Shown here: positions 38,716-50,050 of the stretch, piece by piece
Numbering within the stretch: the stretch's first letter is position 1
How the letters are laid out: every line of letters begins with the position of its first letter
Assembly: GCA_009859145.1 (NCBI GenBank)
Contig: VRVR01000033.1
Coordinates: 124,001 to 188,000, forward strand
Direction: 5' to 3'
DNA: 64,000 bases
DNA from: Andalucia godoyi And28
Taxonomy: Eukaryota > Protista > Jakobida
Notes under the pieces: model-generated
What the model saw: the letters and a program-made list of their open reading frames with translations, nothing else
The model's database searches: none
Told to the model about the DNA's origin: nothing
Made by a program: the position numbers and the translations under genes

Positions 38716-38749
38716 TTTGGCGCCACAGCCGGATGGGTTCCGCGGGAAA
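38716..38749. promoter_or_regulatory. Pair of E2F-consensus sites in the putative R1/R2 bidirectional promoter
   Basis: TTTGGCGC at 38716-38723 (+) and TTTCCCGC at 38742-38749 (-), near the centre of the 608-bp head-to-head intergenic region. RNR genes are established E2F targets in animals and plants. Confidence 0.55.
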
Positions 38750-39010
38750 AAAACCCGATTGATGGTATTAGCGTGTTTCAGTGATCCGGCTCCCGCCAAC
38801 CGTCCACTGGCGCCACTGAAATTCGGACAAAACGACAAAATACACTCGAAATCAACTCAATCATCGCTTTGTCACGCATCTTTGTTTGTTTGCTGTTGTT
38901 GTTTTTTGCGTACTGTTTTGCTGTTTTCTTTTGAAACTTTTCAGTCTATTCCGGTTTATCTTTCTCAACTAACTTCTCATTTTTTTCCTCACCTTTTTCT
39001 CATTCTAACA

Positions 39011-40015
39011 ATGTCGTCGACTAACACTCACAGCAACAGCAATGACCAAAACGAGCTCATTCTGACTCCGAATCCTCGACGATTTGTGCTCTTTCCAATC
39101 AAATACCCTGAGATCTGGCACTTTTACAAGAAGGCGGAAGCCTCATTTTGGACGGCAGAAGAGGTGGACTTGTCTCAAGATCTCGGAGACTGGAACAGGC
39201 TTTCAGCAGACGAAAAGCACTTCATCAAGCACGTCCTAGCATTCTTTGCTGCTTCCGATGGAATCGTTTCCGAAAACCTCGCAACCCGTTTCATGGGAGA
39301 AGTTCAGATACCAGAAGCCCGTTGTTTCTATGGATTCCAGATTGCCATGGAAAACATTCACTCGGAAACATACAGTCTGTTGATCGACACATACATTTCG
39401 AACCCCACGGAAAAAGAACACCTGTTTGACGCCCTTGAAACAGTCCCGTGCGTTCAAGGAAAAGGAAACTGGGCACTAAAATGGATTGGCTCGTCTGGAT
39501 CCTTTGCAGAGCGCATCGTAGCCTTCGCAGCTGTCGAGGGAATCTTTTTCTCCGGATCATTCTGCTCAATTTTTTGGCTGAAGAAGCGGGGCCTCATGCC
39601 TGGCCTGACGTTTTCAAATGAGCTCATTTCTCGAGATGAGGGAATGCACTGCGATTTTGCGTGCTTGATGTACAAAATGTTGAAAACCCGGCTGTCCACT
39701 GAGAGAGTTCATCAGATCGTGAGGGAGGCTGTGGATATTGAATGTGATTTTGTCACAAATGCTCTACCAGTGGATCTGATCGGAATGAATTCCAAACTGA
39801 TGCAGCAGTACATCAGATACGTAGCAAACCGTTTGCTTCGAGAACTAGATCATCCAGAACTTTATCCAAACACCTCCAATCCTTTCGAATTCATGGAAAT
39901 GATTTCGTTGCAAGGTAAGACCAACTTCTTTGAGCGGCGTGTCGGAGAGTACGCAAAGGCCAACGTCAACACCTCACGCAGCGAGCAAGCATTCTCACTA
40001 GATGCCGACTTTTGA
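39011..40015 (+). CDS. RRM2: Ribonucleotide reductase class Ia small subunit (R2)
   Basis: [32 protein letters not shown] (radical Tyr), [17 protein letters not shown] and C-terminal FSLDADF. Confidence 0.97.
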   Translation: MSSTNTHSNSNDQNELILTPNPRRFVLFPIKYPEIWHFYKKAEASFWTAEEVDLSQDLGDWNRLSADEKHFIKHVLAFFAASDGIVSENLATRFMGEVQIPEARCFYGFQIAMENIHSETYSLLIDTYISNPTEKEHLFDALETVPCVQGKGNWALKWIGSSGSFAERIVAFAAVEGIFFSGSFCSIFWLKKRGLMPGLTFSNELISRDEGMHCDFACLMYKMLKTRLSTERVHQIVREAVDIECDFVTNALPVDLIGMNSKLMQQYIRYVANRLLRELDHPELYPNTSNPFEFMEMISLQGKTNFFERRVGEYAKANVNTSRSEQAFSLDADF

Positions 40016-40218
40016 AGGCCAGCGCTTTTTGGGGTGAGTGGTGGTGGGCGGATATTTGACGAAGCAGGCAGCGTGCTGGAGAGAGAGAAAGAGCAACAAG
40101 GAACACATGGTGTCGTGAACGCATCAAGAGACGTTATTTCGCTGTACAGCATACGCAGAACATAAACAACTCGTTTTTGTTTTTGTTTTTTTTAGCAAAA
40201 TTACTGAAGAATGATTCT

Positions 40219-41664
40219 TTATCCGCAAGAATGCTGAGACGGTCCAGTTTCCAATCTCTTTCCATTGATCTTCGAGACGAACTGCTCGGGAATCGGGATC
40301 TCTTCAAAATCACCCTCCTCGCTCGTAGGAATGCTGACATTCATCTCAGAAGACTTCGAACTCACAATCTCCACATCCATGGCATCACGAGACAGATACA
40401 CGAGACATCCCGAAGTAGCATCAATGGTGATTGACGGAACCTTGCCATTCGCCTGCAACTTCACGCTCGTGCAATTCACGACTTCAGCGTTGGAAACAAT
40501 GCTGTCAAAAACAACACCGCACTTCTCGCAAGAGTCCAACGTGATCGTGTTGACCTTTCCTTTGACGACAATAACGCATCGAGAACATCCATAAATGTAG
40601 ACATTGTTACGAATATTCGTGTCAGAGATCTCAATAGGATCGCTTTCACGGTTTGTCTGGTACTCGACAAGCCATTTGTTCCCATCCTGAGCAAGCTTGG
40701 GTGTTCCCTTGGGTACTGCGCCCTTCTTCGCACCCGTCACTGTTGATGCGACCTTCGGAGCTTCCACAACCACAGAAGATGCGGGGGGCTGGTTTTTCAT
40801 GTCCTTGGTAACCTTCTTCAACCCCGAAGTGACACCCTCGCCCTTTGACAATTCCGCAAACAATGCAGCTGTATTGGGTTTGTTGTCTCCGTTTGCCGGA
40901 GCTTCGTGGAACAGAGATGCCGGGGGCAGAGGAGGAGGAGGAGGGGGCGGGGCTGAACCACCAGCTGGCGGCTGTTTCGCAGAAGCAGCACTTAAGGAGT
41001 CCTTCGTTGCCGGAGACGCACTTTTGTTCCATGAAAGACCAGTCAAGTGGAAATTTCGGACGTAGTCACGGAGGGCAGACAACAGCGCTTCGTATGCCCC
41101 GATGTAGCCGAGTTGGACTTCGTCGCCCTTGAACTGAACACGGATCTTGTTGGTGTAGAACTTGGATGAATTGATGCCTTCGTCCACCAACGCAATTGGC
41201 GTCTTTGGTTCGGTAACCCAAGCGAGAGCCGTGACTCCTTCCGAAACAACCGAAAAGTGGTTGAAAAGCTCGCCTCTGTTCTTCTCACGAAGCGCAGCAA
41301 TTGCCTCCATCTTGGCTGCAGTCGGTTGCAAAAGTGCAGAAAAGACTGCGGGATCCGTGGGAGCAGAATAATTCGCGACAACACGCAGAAACGACCGCTG
41401 CGAAGAAAATGCCTCTGACAACAGCCCTGCAATGTCCTTCAACTTCGGATTCGCCTTGACGGCAGCTTCCGCAAACTGTGAAAGCTGGCCGGAAATGATT
41501 TCCTCGTATGCAACTTCAAAAGGAGAAAGAGCAGCAGAAGGTGCGGCGGCAGTCGACGACGGCTTTGCTGCAACTGCTGCGGCAACTGCAGAAGTACCAC
41601 CGAGAGCCTCAAGGCGAGAAACTGCCCGCTCAAGACGTTCAACCAACTGATGGAGGTCAGACAT
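40219..41664 (-). CDS. CAP1: Adenylyl cyclase-associated protein (CAP/Srv2)
   Basis: N-terminal LVERLERAVSRLE, HFD helical domain, polyproline, WH2-like ALFAELSKGEGVTSGLKKV and beta-helix CARP C-terminus. Confidence 0.95.
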   Translation of the reverse strand: MSDLHQLVERLERAVSRLEALGGTSAVAAAVAAKPSSTAAAPSAALSPFEVAYEEIISGQLSQFAEAAVKANPKLKDIAGLLSEAFSSQRSFLRVVANYSAPTDPAVFSALLQPTAAKMEAIAALREKNRGELFNHFSVVSEGVTALAWVTEPKTPIALVDEGINSSKFYTNKIRVQFKGDEVQLGYIGAYEALLSALRDYVRNFHLTGLSWNKSASPATKDSLSAASAKQPPAGGSAPPPPPPPLPPASLFHEAPANGDNKPNTAALFAELSKGEGVTSGLKKVTKDMKNQPPASSVVVEAPKVASTVTGAKKGAVPKGTPKLAQDGNKWLVEYQTNRESDPIEISDTNIRNNVYIYGCSRCVIVVKGKVNTITLDSCEKCGVVFDSIVSNAEVVNCTSVKLQANGKVPSITIDATSGCLVYLSRDAMDVEIVSSKSSEMNVSIPTSEEGDFEEIPIPEQFVSKINGKRLETGPSQHSCG

Positions 41665-41880
41665 GGGTTGCAAGGAATTGACCAAAGGAAATGGGAAAGC
41701 GGACAAAGAAAGGGGTAATTCACAACAACAAATTAACAGCTAAAAAATAATACTAATAATACTAATAATAAAAAGAGGGGAACGAAAAAAAAAGGAATGG
41801 AATAATGGGAATCCTCCGCAGTGGGACCCAACTTGCTGGCGGCCAGGTGCAGCTGCCCTCAAGGTCAGTTTCAAGTTCCA

Positions 41881-41920
41881 GCAATCCTGCAATCCTGCAA
41901 TCCTGCAATCCTGCAATCCT
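41881..41920. repeat. Tandem repeat (GCAATCCT)5
   Basis: Five perfect 8-mers upstream of CAP. Confidence 0.95.
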
Positions 41921-41945
41921 TGTTGATTTCTGGAATCCAGCATTA

Positions 41946-42176
41946 TACAACCCTCCAATCCAGCGGTCTGGTGGACGGCTGTGAAATCATCGGATAGTAT
42001 GGCTGAAGATGTGCAGGTCGAGGCCTAATGAGAGACACTGTCGGATAATGACAACCGATTTCTTGTAATCGATGATGGGCGCTGATGCTGATATATAAAG
42101 TCACTTTATGTGCCAAAAAGATCTGTCCATGGCGCAGCAGCATATGCGAGCCAAATGTTTGGAGAGGTTTTGGGTT
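41946..42176 (-). mobile_element. Degenerate dispersed repeat, copy B, homologous to 12018-12432
   Basis: Reverse-complement alignment to copy A in two blocks (see that entry). Confidence 0.6.
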
Positions 42177-42364
42177 GCAGGGGCAGTACTTCAGAATGCG
42201 GTGCGTGCGGGCACGCCAGCGGAGGGCTTCGTAACCCTCGATCAGTGTAACCGTCAAACTGGAGACGATAGATTTTCTATGAATGTGGAATCGTGTGTTA
42301 TTGCTAACCATCTTTGTGGTGACAATCGCAATCATTAATTACAGTGGCAGGCGTGAGGGAACAG

Positions 42365-43090
42365 CTAGAGCATTTTCCAAGTGCGAAATGGTGCTGGAAC
42401 AGTTCGAACACCCGTCCGACGAGACGAAAAGAATGCGACAGCGGAGGAAATGATGCTGAAGAACTGTATCAATATTCCAGTAAAGCAATAATCCATGCCA
42501 ACCGTGGTGGCCCATGAACTCACGGCACCCTGAGTAGAGGATGTGCCCATGACAGCATCGGCGGATGAGACTGGACACATGCCACCAGACGAGACCTTGT
42601 CAGAATCGCTGACTACTCCCCCGCAGAAGGAATGGCTGACGTACTCAACACGAAACAGCGTATAAACGGCCACTGAACACACGAACGATAGCGGGCAAGC
42701 AAAACAAGCACAAAAAACAGCAGCGAACTGAACATGTTTCCGAGAACCGACACAGCCCCACACAACACCGCCAAACGAAACAACATATGCAAGCCCAGAA
42801 AACGTAAGTGCCGCATACCCGAGGCCGCGAACATTAGAGAGAACGCTAGAAGCTTTAGCAGAGTCCACAGTGGGTGAAGACAAGCAGGCGTCTCCATTCA
42901 GACATCTGACGACTCCTTGTTCTGAAATGAACACAGTATACTCTGCCGTTGATATCGTCCCATCTGACAGGGTGGAGGCAACAGAAATGCGCCACCACGG
43001 ACTCACAACAGCACAACAGAGGCAGACAAACGCAGCAACACAAAATGCGGTTGCGAGAGTCAGTCCAAGGCACCCACGAGAATACCGCAT
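42365..43090 (-). CDS. Hypothetical Cys-rich multi-pass membrane protein (claudin/PMP22-like topology)
   Basis: N-terminal TM followed by PWW, extracellular Cys, three further hydrophobic segments. Family assignment is tentative. Confidence 0.55.
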   Translation of the reverse strand: MRYSRGCLGLTLATAFCVAAFVCLCCAVVSPWWRISVASTLSDGTISTAEYTVFISEQGVVRCLNGDACLSSPTVDSAKASSVLSNVRGLGYAALTFSGLAYVVSFGGVVWGCVGSRKHVQFAAVFCACFACPLSFVCSVAVYTLFRVEYVSHSFCGGVVSDSDKVSSGGMCPVSSADAVMGTSSTQGAVSSWATTVGMDYCFTGILIQFFSIISSAVAFFSSRRTGVRTVPAPFRTWKML

Positions 43091-46000
43091 AGGCGCGTGA
43101 TTCAAGACAGGAAGAAATTAAAGGATCTCGGGAAAAGCGCAGTGAAACTACATAGCGGACCAACAGCTTTCACACTCCACACACACTCCACAAACGCACC
43201 ACAAACGGACTACCGCGAGAGAGGCAAGCTGAGAATCCAGTGAGAAACCACTTGGAAGAATGGACGCTACGGTCGTTTGTGGGAGTAGCAAAGAGAAGTA
43301 CAATATGAAAAAAATTCGAGCCAGCTTTACAGCGAGGAAAAACGATTCTCGTGAAGTCGATGGGCGCTGCAAGCAGCCACTCCGATAAAACAGAAGTGAC
43401 GAATGTTCTGCTCGAGTTGAAGGAATTCCCTGCTCCATATTCGTCCGCTCTCACGCTGCTACAAGCACGAAAGCAATATCCGTCAGCACTGGTAGAAAAA
43501 ATTTCAAGGATGTCAAGCACTAATACAATAGGCTCCGAATAACACTGGTTCGGTAACGATCGCAGGGTGACTGGAATCTGTGGAAACGAAGCGACGTACG
43601 CGCGTTCATCAATGCTGGTGAAGGCGTGAATTCCACCTGGCAGACGTTGAAGTGATCAGACAACATTTCATCGGAGCGCATGCTGGGTGGAAGTGAACAT
43701 CCTGATTCAGTTGTCATCGGTGGAATAAAAAAGCCGGAAGAAAGCGGTTGGGAAACAACTAACGGGTTGCCTTTCCAGACAGATTCAGATGTCGCACAGG
43801 CAACAGACAATTAATGCATTACTTCTTTGCAGAATACGAACTGGCAACGAAAAATGAAGAGTGAAGTTCTTGGAGTACTCACAGCGATGGTTGCCGCAGC
43901 GATGCGTCCACCATATGCACAAAACGACAGGTCAACTATTTCCGACAGCCTTCATTTGGACAACTGTTGTCAACTGAAGACCGAGAGCTGCATGGTTCTG
44001 AATCTGATGTGCAGAGCAACAATAAATAAACAGCATACATGACATAGCCAAAACGAATCAGAGAGGATCGCTGGCTGCAGCAACACCGACGACAATAAAA
44101 CGTACTAGACAGCATCAATGCCAAAAATTCGATGGCAAAACAAAATGACGCCAGTTCAGCAGTTTCGTCGACGGATAGAATTTCGACGTTGCCGGTAATC
44201 GTGCAGGGACAACTATTTAGATAGTGATGCGTTTGCAATAGAAAACTCTCTTTCCGAATTGCCAATTATAATTAAAATTTCCCAGTCATTTGCAGAGCAA
44301 CTGTCGAGGAATATCGAAAAATGCTGTCTGGCTCCGGTGGCCTGATCAGGGAAGAGTCCGATGAACCTTTGCAACTCGCCTTTTGCTTCAAATAACGTGT
44401 ACTTCAGCATTCAATGAGACATCTGAGATTGCCACACAGGACACTTTCGATGCTTTTTATTTGTTGCACGCTACGAAACACGACGCCGTAAATGAAAATG
44501 ACTGGAAGATGTGCTCATCGAGTTGGAAGGCGGTACTCAGATTATCAAACAACACTGCGACAGGATGCTTCCTTTACTGTCGCTCTCGCTGCATCTCTGA
44601 GAAAATGCAGGGGAGGCTTTGTAGCGCAGCTGTGAAAGTTTTTTTAGAATGTGTTTCCAAGAATTGGCTGTTGACCTCACAGCTCTGTCAAATGTACTTC
44701 GAAATGAACAGGGTATGGTGGACGCCTCCAAAAATGGGCCCGATTATGAAGCTGTCGAATTTCAACTTTTTATCGAGTCATTCTTCGTCTTAGTGGTGTA
44801 TCGGTGTTGTCATCGTGCTTCCGGTTTCGCCGGCTTCATTGAGTTTGCATGCCTTTTCGTTTTTCCGAGGATTCGTGCAGGCCACAGACACCCCGAAGCT
44901 GGTCAACATTGGCGCTCTGCTGCATACCGTCAGTAGACATTCCGACCCCCCTCTTTTGCAGTGATCATCTGTGTTTCTCCTATCCGCTGTGACTCTTCCT
45001 GTTTTTTTTCGCAGTCGACACCGGTTTCGATCCATTTCACTCTGTTTTCCACATTTTTTCTGTCTGTGCATCTGACATCCGTGCTTCTTGCCTTGCACAA
45101 CTTAGTTCCGGCTCTTTTCATTTTCTTTCGATTATGTATTCAATGTCATGATTCACGTATTCTTCTCTTCCGACCGGCCCTGCTGCACATCTGAATGATG
45201 ATCAACACGCCGAGTTGGTTAGAAATGCGTGATCGCTATCTGTCCGTCGGCAGCTTGGGGTTGTTTTTTGCGTGTTGTCCGATTTTGAGCCCTTTTCTTG
45301 GTGTGCAGTGCATAGCAGGATTTTCCTTCTCCGCGCCATTCTGCGATGTCTGTATGTCTGTGTCTGTCCGTTCGTCTCTCTCTTTCTCTTGCACACTTGC
45401 GCACTATTTTCCGAGCGTTTTTGTTGTTGCTTGTCTGTGGGTGCTAGAACAACCTTGTCGCAACGATCTTGCTGTTCCTGGGATTTCTGTTTTGGAAATC
45501 GTTCGTAGTGGTGTTTCCGTTGTCGGACTTTTTTCTTTTTGTTGAACAACTTGCGAACCTGCATTCGTGATGCCTGCTTTGTTTTGGCGATCTTGGGATG
45601 CATGATGGAAACGAGCTTCTGGCTGACGAGGAGTGTTCGAGTGGCTTCCCACACAAAAGCAGGTGATTGCAGCGATATCGCTGATGCATCCGTGCATCCT
45701 TTAGATTACGCTCATCGCGCTGGGGAGCGCTGTCATTTGTCTCGACCTGTTGATGCCTCTATTGTGTCTCGCATTTCGGTTAAAACTGCTCATGCTCGTG
45801 CAGAACAGCGTGTCGACGTTCTCGACGAATGCTGCGCAAAATTCGAATCTTGTCAAAGCGCTCCTCAACCCACGCTGCTTAGAAGACCAAGTGTTGTTGA
45901 CAGGGTTCGATCGATGTCTCGTCGGTCTCGTGTTCTCCGTTCACGGACTAGTTTTGATTCGGAGATTGATCCTATCAGTGTTTTATCAGATACTATGAGA

Positions 46001-46433
46001 ATAGCTAAGGGACGAGTTGCAAATCGTGATTTGTTCACGAAATGTCGAACTTTGGACCAGGTTTCCGAGTACGACGCTCTCGGAATGCATCCATCCCTTT
46101 GCGAGCTGTCATTTGAATTCAGCGCCTTGAATCCATTTCTTTCAGACTCCAAGATTGTTAACGTGTTAGGCGATGCTCGCCCACAGAAAGCCAACGATAG
46201 CCTGAAGTTGGATTTCGCGCATTCCTCCACAGCAATGCTTCGAAAGAAAGAGAGGCATTTGCGATCATGTTATCCGTGAATTAATATATTCTCGTCGGAC
46301 AAGTAGTTGAGTTTTGAGGGGTGAAGCCAATACATATAACTTACCGGTTTGTCAGTTTATTTTATTGAGAAAACAAACGAACACACGATGGGTGTGCGAC
46401 GAGTTCCCGAAGCAGAAGGACTTTCCGTGCAAG

Positions 46434-47288
46434 TTATGCAGAGCGCTTGTCAAAGTCGACGGCAATCTGACGATCGTTCAGAGTTGATCCGTTGAGAGTT
46501 TCAATCGCTCTTCGAGCGTCATTCGGAGACTCCATCAGGATGATACCAATTCCCCGGGACGAAGAATCGGGCTTCCGAAGCACATCTGCGCGTACAACAT
46601 TACCGACTGTTCGGAAATGATCCTTCAGCTCTTGCCACGTCGTTCCCCAAGACAGGTTCTTCACAAAGAGCTGCCGGTCCTTGGTCGGAATCTGAGGTTG
46701 CTGCGATTGTGCCGAAGTGTCCGCCGCTGACCCGCCCTGCTGAGCACCAGCGTTGTTTTGCGCACCGAAGCGCGGATGCTGCTGGCCCTCGGATCCGCTT
46801 GCAAAAGCATAGGGGCGTTGATGAGAATGTCCATGATGGGGATGTGCATGGCCTTGTTGAAGACCGGAAGGGGCTCCTTCAGCACCTTGAGCACCAGCGC
46901 CAGCAGCCGATCCTACGACAACTCCGCCTGCAGCAGCAGCAACAACAGCAGACTTCGGCGTATCCCGATCCTCTCTGACAAAAATCTTTCGACCCTTGAT
47001 CGTGGACTCGTTCAGCATTTCGATCGCCGCATGAGCTTCCTGAACTGTCGCGTATTCCACAATTCCACACCCCTTCGAGCGACCCATCGGATCAAGAAGA
47101 ATGTTCGTAAACGTTACTTCTCCTGCAGCACGCATGTGCGTCTTCAAATCAAACCATTGAGTGGTGAACGGCAGGTTGCCGACGTAAACACGGCACTCAC
47201 GACGCTGAGGATTGAGAGTACCAGCTGCAGACGGTGCTGCATCCACTGCGGGATTCTCAGCAGGAACATTGGCCTCGGAGTCCGACAT
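46434..47288 (-). CDS. Two-RRM RNA-binding protein, Gbp2/Hrb1/hnRNP-M-like
   Basis: VYVGNLPFTTQWFDLKTHMR...SKGCGIVEY...IFVRED and a second RRM LFVKNLSWGTTWQELKDHFR.VG.V.RADV. Confidence 0.88.
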   Translation of the reverse strand: MSDSEANVPAENPAVDAAPSAAGTLNPQRRECRVYVGNLPFTTQWFDLKTHMRAAGEVTFTNILLDPMGRSKGCGIVEYATVQEAHAAIEMLNESTIKGRKIFVREDRDTPKSAVVAAAAGGVVVGSAAGAGAQGAEGAPSGLQQGHAHPHHGHSHQRPYAFASGSEGQQHPRFGAQNNAGAQQGGSAADTSAQSQQPQIPTKDRQLFVKNLSWGTTWQELKDHFRTVGNVVRADVLRKPDSSSRGIGIILMESPNDARRAIETLNGSTLNDRQIAVDFDKRSA

Positions 47289-47934
47289 CTTGAAAGAGTG
47301 TACGCCGCAGCGAGTGAACAGTAACGACCAAAATGAACAGGATCGACCAAACAAAATAGACAACAAAAAACAACAAAAACCAAAACTGAAAAAGGCGGAA
47401 TGAGAACAAGCTTGAAGTTGCGATTTGCGACGGTCCCGCGTGTGGCTCTTTCGATCTGCAGTCTGTACCAACGCTATAACTACGCAAGGTGCATGAAAGG
47501 CTCCTTTTTGCGACTCAAAAACGATGGTCACTGCATTCTGACTTTGAAGCATGAGGCTTTCTGGAAAGTTTTCCATGAAGGAGGTTCATTTTTTTTTGTG
47601 TTCAATTACTGGCGCAATATAGTGTCCAAATCTTTGATAGACGGTTTTACATTTCCACCCTTCTCTTCTTACTCTGGAGCCTAAGAGACAGCATCATCAC
47701 AACACATACAGACGGATGCCTGTCTATATGCATGTGTGATACTGAAAACCAGGCGTACATTCCACATTAGAAGCATGAAATTTTGCATGTGCGAACTTTG
47801 ATCTCTGCACCATTCACAGAATGGAACAGACACGACAACACAACGCGCAGCGCAAGCTTGCAGGATCACAAAAAAACGCACGGCGAAAATCAGCACGTCA
47901 TGTTCAGACCATTGATGACATGGGGGATTAATAC

Positions 47935-48306
47935 TCACAGTTTTGCTCGAAGAAACGAATAGTCCCACGGATCCATGTCGGACAACCTTTTTGCAGTAAT
48001 TTTCACGCGCGTTTCTTTGAGCCTAGCAACATCTCTAGTAGAAATTGGGCCGGTTGGTTCGTTGTCCGCAGCTCTTGCTCCATTTTCTTGTCCTCGAAGT
48101 TTCCTAAGCTTGTCGTACTCGAGTGCTTGTGGATCACGAGCAAGATCAAGCAAGAACGACCACTCAGATGAGAACAACGGCTGATCCTCCAGCATTTTGC
48201 GAGCCTGCTTTTCGAATACCAGAGCGCGAGCCGCTTGCATACGTAAAATCAATTCGGCATTGATTCCATCCTCGATACTGGGGTAATTGCTCATGCTCAT
48301 GCTCAT
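47935..48306 (-). CDS. Hypothetical protein, possibly spliced onward at a GTGAGT donor near 47938
   Basis: Open frame with protein-like composition; no family recognised. Confidence 0.4.
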   Translation of the reverse strand: MSMSMSNYPSIEDGINAELILRMQAARALVFEKQARKMLEDQPLFSSEWSFLLDLARDPQALEYDKLRKLRGQENGARAADNEPTGPISTRDVARLKETRVKITAKRLSDMDPWDYSFLRAKL

Positions 48307-48591
48307 GCTGCCACTGACGAGCGCAGCATGCAATGAAATCCGACCCGCCTTTGTGCACGCTGCTTACTTGGATGCAGTCCATGCGCATCCCAGCGATCAA
48401 AAAGCAAGGCTTTTCTTTCTTGATGGGTGATGGGGTGATGCGTGATGGGGTGATGCGTGATGGGTGATGCTTGATGCTTGACAAGTCGGGGGTTTTTCTT
48501 TTGGTTGCTCCGTTTTTTTGTTCGTGATTCTGTGTCAACGTCTCTCCTCCCCACGTCTGTCGTCGACAGTTTGACTTTACATTTGAGCGAC

Positions 48592-49311
48592 ATGGAAAAT
48601 CGAGCGATGCATGAACCGACCAGCAAAGACTTGTCTTTGAACAGTGAAGCACAGCTAGCGGCAACAAACGCTTCGCACCAATCGCAAAGCGACGCTGCCT
48701 GGAACAGCACGCGCAAGAAGAGCGGTCGAGCGCCTACCGCCTCAGCTCCGCCAGCATCAGGTCAAGTTTCTGTCCGTTCTTCTGCCCAAGATTCCAGTCC
48801 AATGAGTTCTCCAGGAAGAGGGAAGCACGACGAGCGACCTCCATTTGATTTGTCAGGAACTTCGGCAGCCTCACTCGGCGATTACAATCCGCTGTTGGAC
48901 AACAACCTCGGGTCGTATCTGTCGCAGCGATCTGTGCAGAAGCGTTTGTATCGGCTGGGGTTTGTGGATCGTTCAGGAAGAGTATTGGATCTAGGAAAGA
49001 CCCGATCAAAGATTGCACGCATTGAAGCAGAATACCGAGACGCTCAGAAAGATCAGCAGTTTGTCGAAAGAGAGGCTGCAGAAAGAAGACATCGCATGAA
49101 AAAGGCAGAGGAAATGCTGCGGGAGGAAGAAGAGCGCAAGGCACGGGCCCATAAAATCCGAGAAGAAGAACGAATCGCCAGAGAAACCAGAAAAATTCGG
49201 ATGGCTGCCTTGGAGGGTCGAGTGTTGGACCTCATTTCTTATCGCAGCCCAGCCAAGGAAAACCGATCGCAGAGCGCGGGAATAATCCGACCAGTACATA
49301 ATGGTAGCTAA
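48592..49311 (+). CDS. Coiled-coil protein with ERICH3-N-like motif (putatively ciliary)
   Basis: YNPLLDNNLGSYL....VQKRLYRLGFVDRSGRVL resembles the ERICH3 N-terminus; followed by a charged coiled coil. Confidence 0.55.
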   Translation: MENRAMHEPTSKDLSLNSEAQLAATNASHQSQSDAAWNSTRKKSGRAPTASAPPASGQVSVRSSAQDSSPMSSPGRGKHDERPPFDLSGTSAASLGDYNPLLDNNLGSYLSQRSVQKRLYRLGFVDRSGRVLDLGKTRSKIARIEAEYRDAQKDQQFVEREAAERRHRMKKAEEMLREEEERKARAHKIREEERIARETRKIRMAALEGRVLDLISYRSPAKENRSQSAGIIRPVHNGS

Positions 49312-50050
49312 AGGCTGCATGGTTCAACATAACGTAAATCCACGTAAATTACATTGCAAATCCGCATTTTTACTCACATGCAGTTGTTTTCATCTGGGAA
49401 CCAAAGATTGAAGAAGTGCTGAGCTGAGGATCCTTTTGCGGCAGCCCAGAAAAAATTGTTTCGAGTGGAAAAAGTTGTGGCCGACAAGAATTCTGCAGAT
49501 TTTTTCGTGGATTTGGACATCTTGGTAGTATACCCCATCTTTGGAATCATAAAGTGCAGCAGACAAAACAAGAGAACAGACGAATCCACAAAGCAAGAAC
49601 CAGCACACAAGACGCGCAGGGGTATCATCCAAAACAAAACAAAATCATTTAAGGGGGAGGCTGCGAAAAAAAACAACAACAAACAAGCACAAAAAAAACT
49701 GTACACGACAGAAGGCACGAAAGAGTATGATCACGACAACAAGCGAGAAAAAGAAACGGCCATTGCGATATACTGGTTCTCGCTGGAGTCCGACATGATG
49801 CTTCGAGCTGCCCATCGGTCGACACATCCGAGAAACCAAGGCAGTTGTATTGTACGCTCCTTCTATAACCAACCACCGGGGGATGGTTGAATCTCCAGAA
49901 CTGCGAGGATTCTCAAACAACGGAAATCAATGCGAGGTACAATATGTTGCATTGTGACAATTTACGCGGTGAAGTTTGCGCCAGCAGAAACAGGCGCGCT
50001 TTTATGCCGCTGGCGGTTGACAAACAAATCTGCCGCAAATTTCCAGAACG

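Noticed and set aside
43148-44793. Short ORFs that might form a broken membrane-protein gene (43810-43148 is one frame with stops at 43520 and 43451)
   Set aside because: No family motif and no convincing splice model; cannot distinguish a pseudogene from chance.
45539-46279. 246-codon plus-strand ORF
   Set aside because: Starts at TTG with no recognisable domain. It may be a real hypothetical gene but cannot be supported from sequence alone.
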